From NCBI RefSeq assembly GCF_001447785.1, contig NW_015163647.1:198692-262691 (forward strand): 64,000 bases of DNA. Reading direction: 5' to 3'. Position numbers and translations under genes: made by a program. The notes below the pieces were generated by a model. The model searched no databases and had not been told where the DNA came from. It saw nothing but the letters and a program-made list of their open reading frames with translations. Positions 61,672 through 64,000 of this stretch are shown one piece after another; the stretch's first letter is position 1, and every line of letters starts with the position of its first letter. Source of the stretch: Gekko japonicus (lineage: Eukaryota).

Positions 61672-62006
61672 GTAGACGGGAAGCGCTCGGCCCATCTGGC
61701 CACAGGGACACCACTCCCCTTGCTGATGGGTGGGTGCGGGTCGGCACGGTTCCCTCCAAGCTGAGTTAGTGTGAGGTTTTTTTAGCCTCCAGCCCACAGA
61801 CGTTTTGTCTCCGCTCAGGAAGGGATGGGGGCTCCAGAGCAAACTAATTCGTGCAGGGGCCAGATCGCTGGCTCCCGACTTTAATGCCAGTAGGCGCTCA
61901 CAAAGTAGAATTCCTGCTCACAAGACTCTACAGCTTAGAGGGAGCACTGGTGGGGGGTGGAGTGGAGTAGAGTCCCGGACAATATATTTTTTTTGTGGGG
62001 CCCCAG

Positions 62007-62057
62007 GCACCGCACATAGTCCAGCCTATCTCGAGCACGGGTTCGAAGCGCGGTTAA
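62007..62057 (+). CDS. HIPK4: Candidate HIPK4 terminal coding exon (APHIVQPISSTGSKRG*)
   Basis: Poly-T tract + ccccag| acceptor in phase 0; no homology support seen. Confidence 0.3.
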   Translation, partial: APHIVQPISSTGSKRG

Positions 62058-62653
62058 CACCCACTGGGCCCAGCAGGCCAAGCTCTCGCTCCACCTCAGA
62101 GGGAAAGAACTGACACCCCCCCCCGCCAAGTCACCCTGCCGAATGGGCCCAGGTGCAGGGAGAGCCAGGGAGCAGGACAGAGGAGCCCCCTCGCCAGGCG
62201 GGGCAAGGAGAGGCTCCCTGGAAGAGCTGGGAAGGCCACAGGTCCTGGGGCTCCGGCCGGCCACTTCCGACCCTCCTTGGGAGGCCACGAAAGGAGCCGG
62301 TCGCTTCAGAGGGAACCCTCTGGCAGCAGAGACAGAGTGTGCAGGACGGCCAAAGGGCCTGACTCGCTCAGGCCTGGGGTCCGGCTCGCCCCGCAGCCCC
62401 CATCTGCCCCAGTGCCCGCCCCTGGGCCTCAGCGAGCAGTCCAGCAGCAGGCGGTGCAGGCAGGGACCCTCCTCCCCGCACAGGAGGCCCAGAGCGGCCC
62501 TCCTGGTGAGCACAGAGGCTTCCTTCTGCCACTGACAGGCAGACCCCGCACCCAGGACTTTGCTCCGCCGTCTCTTAAAGGAGGCCGAGCCCTGGCTCCC
62601 ATCGCCTGACAATCTGCGTGTCTTCCCCTCTTCCCCCTCCAGGAAGCCTGCAG

Positions 62654-63429
62654 CAGTGTTCCCTCTGAGTGAGTGTGAGCTAGCTCACAGTTTTTTAGCC
62701 TCCGGCTCAAACATTTTTGTCTTGGCTCAGGAAGGAGGGCTCCAGAGCCAACTGATTGATGCAGCAGCCCAATCGCTCGCTCACAACTTTAATGCCCGTA
62801 GCTCACCAAGTGGAATTTTTGCTCACACGACTCCACAGCTCAGAGGGAGCACTGCTCCAGAGCCAACTGATTTATGCAGTAGCTAAATCGCTGGCTCACA
62901 ACTTTAATGCCCGTAGCTCACAAAGTGGAATTTTTGCTCACACGACTCCACAGCTCAGAGGGAGCACTGCTCCAGAGCCAAATGATTTATGCAGTAGCTA
63001 AATCGCTGGCTCACAACTTTAATGCCCGTAGCTCACAAAGTGGAATTTTTGCTCACATGACTCCACAGCTCAGAGGAAACATTGCTCCAGAGCAAACCAA
63101 TTTCTGCAGCGGCCAAATCGCTCACTCACAACTTTAATGCCAGCAGCTCACCAAGTAGAATTTTTGCTCACGGGACTCCACAGCTCAGAGGGAGCATTGC
63201 TCCAGAGCAAACTGATTTATGCAGTAGCTAAATCGCTGGCTCACAACTTTAATGCCCGTAGCTCACAAAGTGGAATTTTTGCTCACACGACTCCACAGCT
63301 CAGAGGGAGCACTGCTCCAGAGCCAACTGATTTATGCAGTAGCTAAATCGCTGGCTCACAACTTTAATGCCCGTAGCTCACAAAGTGGATTTTTTGCTCA
63401 CACGACTCCACAGCTCAGAGGGAGCATTG
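62654..63429 (+). repeat. MITE array: one left half then six right halves (115-bp period)
   Basis: Repeated ...GAGCACTG|CTCCAGAG junctions; outer TSD GCCTGCAG/GCGTGCAG. Confidence 0.85.
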
Positions 63430-63804
63430 GCGTGCAGCCTCCGTGCTGGTCGGAGACACGTTTGTGCCTGGAGCCAAAGGTCAAAGGAGCCTCACCCCAG
63501 GGCCCAGACCCCCCTCCCTCGCCTGCTGGCTTTTAAAAACGGTGCTCGGAGGGCAGGGGAAGGCTGCCTGCGCCAGAAGCAGGGTGTGTGCGCGGGTGTG
63601 TGTGTGCGCACGTGACCGCTCTGGGTCCTTCAGGGAGAGGCTGCTGAGCTAAAGAAGCCAGGTTTGTTGGGATGCGGGAGGCTTCAAAGCATGACAAACG
63701 GAACAGGGCGGCGAGAAAAAGAAGTTAATCGGACGTCACAGCAGAAAACGGCAGCACAAGCAAAGCCACGAAGAACCACTGCTGATCTGCAGGCGGAACA
63801 GCCA

Positions 63805-63982
63805 GATATTCGTCCCGAAGCACCTTAGAGGCAGCAACAAGATTTCTTTTTTGGTGGTGGTGGTGTTTGAGTCTTCAAGAGTCAAAGCTGTCAAGGTCTC
63901 TGACAAGGGAACACGGACTTCCGAAAGCTCCCCACCCACAAAATCTTGTTCGTCTCGAAGGTGCTCTGGGACTTCGATCTAG
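63805..63982. mobile_element. Penelope-like terminal-repeat remnants in inverted arrangement with a decayed hammerhead core
   Basis: GCACCTTAGAG..CAACAAGATTT vs AAATCTTGTT..TCGAAGGTGC; CTGACAA-GGGAA..TTCC-GAAA at 63900-63926. Confidence 0.5.
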
Positions 63983-64000
63983 TTGTTACGTCGAAAGGAA

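Noticed and set aside
63430-64000. PLD3 3' end expected by synteny on the minus strand
   Set aside because: No PLD3-like coding sequence is recognisable within the window

Overview
GC-rich, repeat-dense vertebrate DNA from a draft assembly with seven N-gaps. It is probably a squamate, most likely a gecko; this is inferred from Sauria SINE, Squam3-like SINE, BovB and CR1 repeats. The + strand carries the conserved block BLVRB (5 coding exons, 210 aa), SERTAD1 (single coding exon, frameshifted by a perfect 154-bp tandem duplication that is probably an assembly artefact), PRX (periaxin) and HIPK4. Main observation: upstream of the canonical periaxin start, a phase-consistent chain of extra coding exons begins with MCDCFARLFGVSW, which resembles the N-terminus of the paralogue AHNAK2 (MCDCFHMVLPTW). 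This predicts a ~1826-aa, possibly palmitoylated periaxin isoform from a promoter about 20 kb upstream. Other notable points: the HIPK4 kinase region is one uninterrupted 1665-nt exon; a ~205-bp hAT-type MITE (about 26 loci) forms arrays whose junctions match self-insertion; there is a 9-unit tandem array of tRNA-SINE heads; a diverged 1.9-kb tandem duplication contains a candidate solo LTR; and there are decayed Penelope-type hammerhead remnants. Repeat boundaries are approximate unless a TSD is given. Comparisons with human genes are from memory and need checking.
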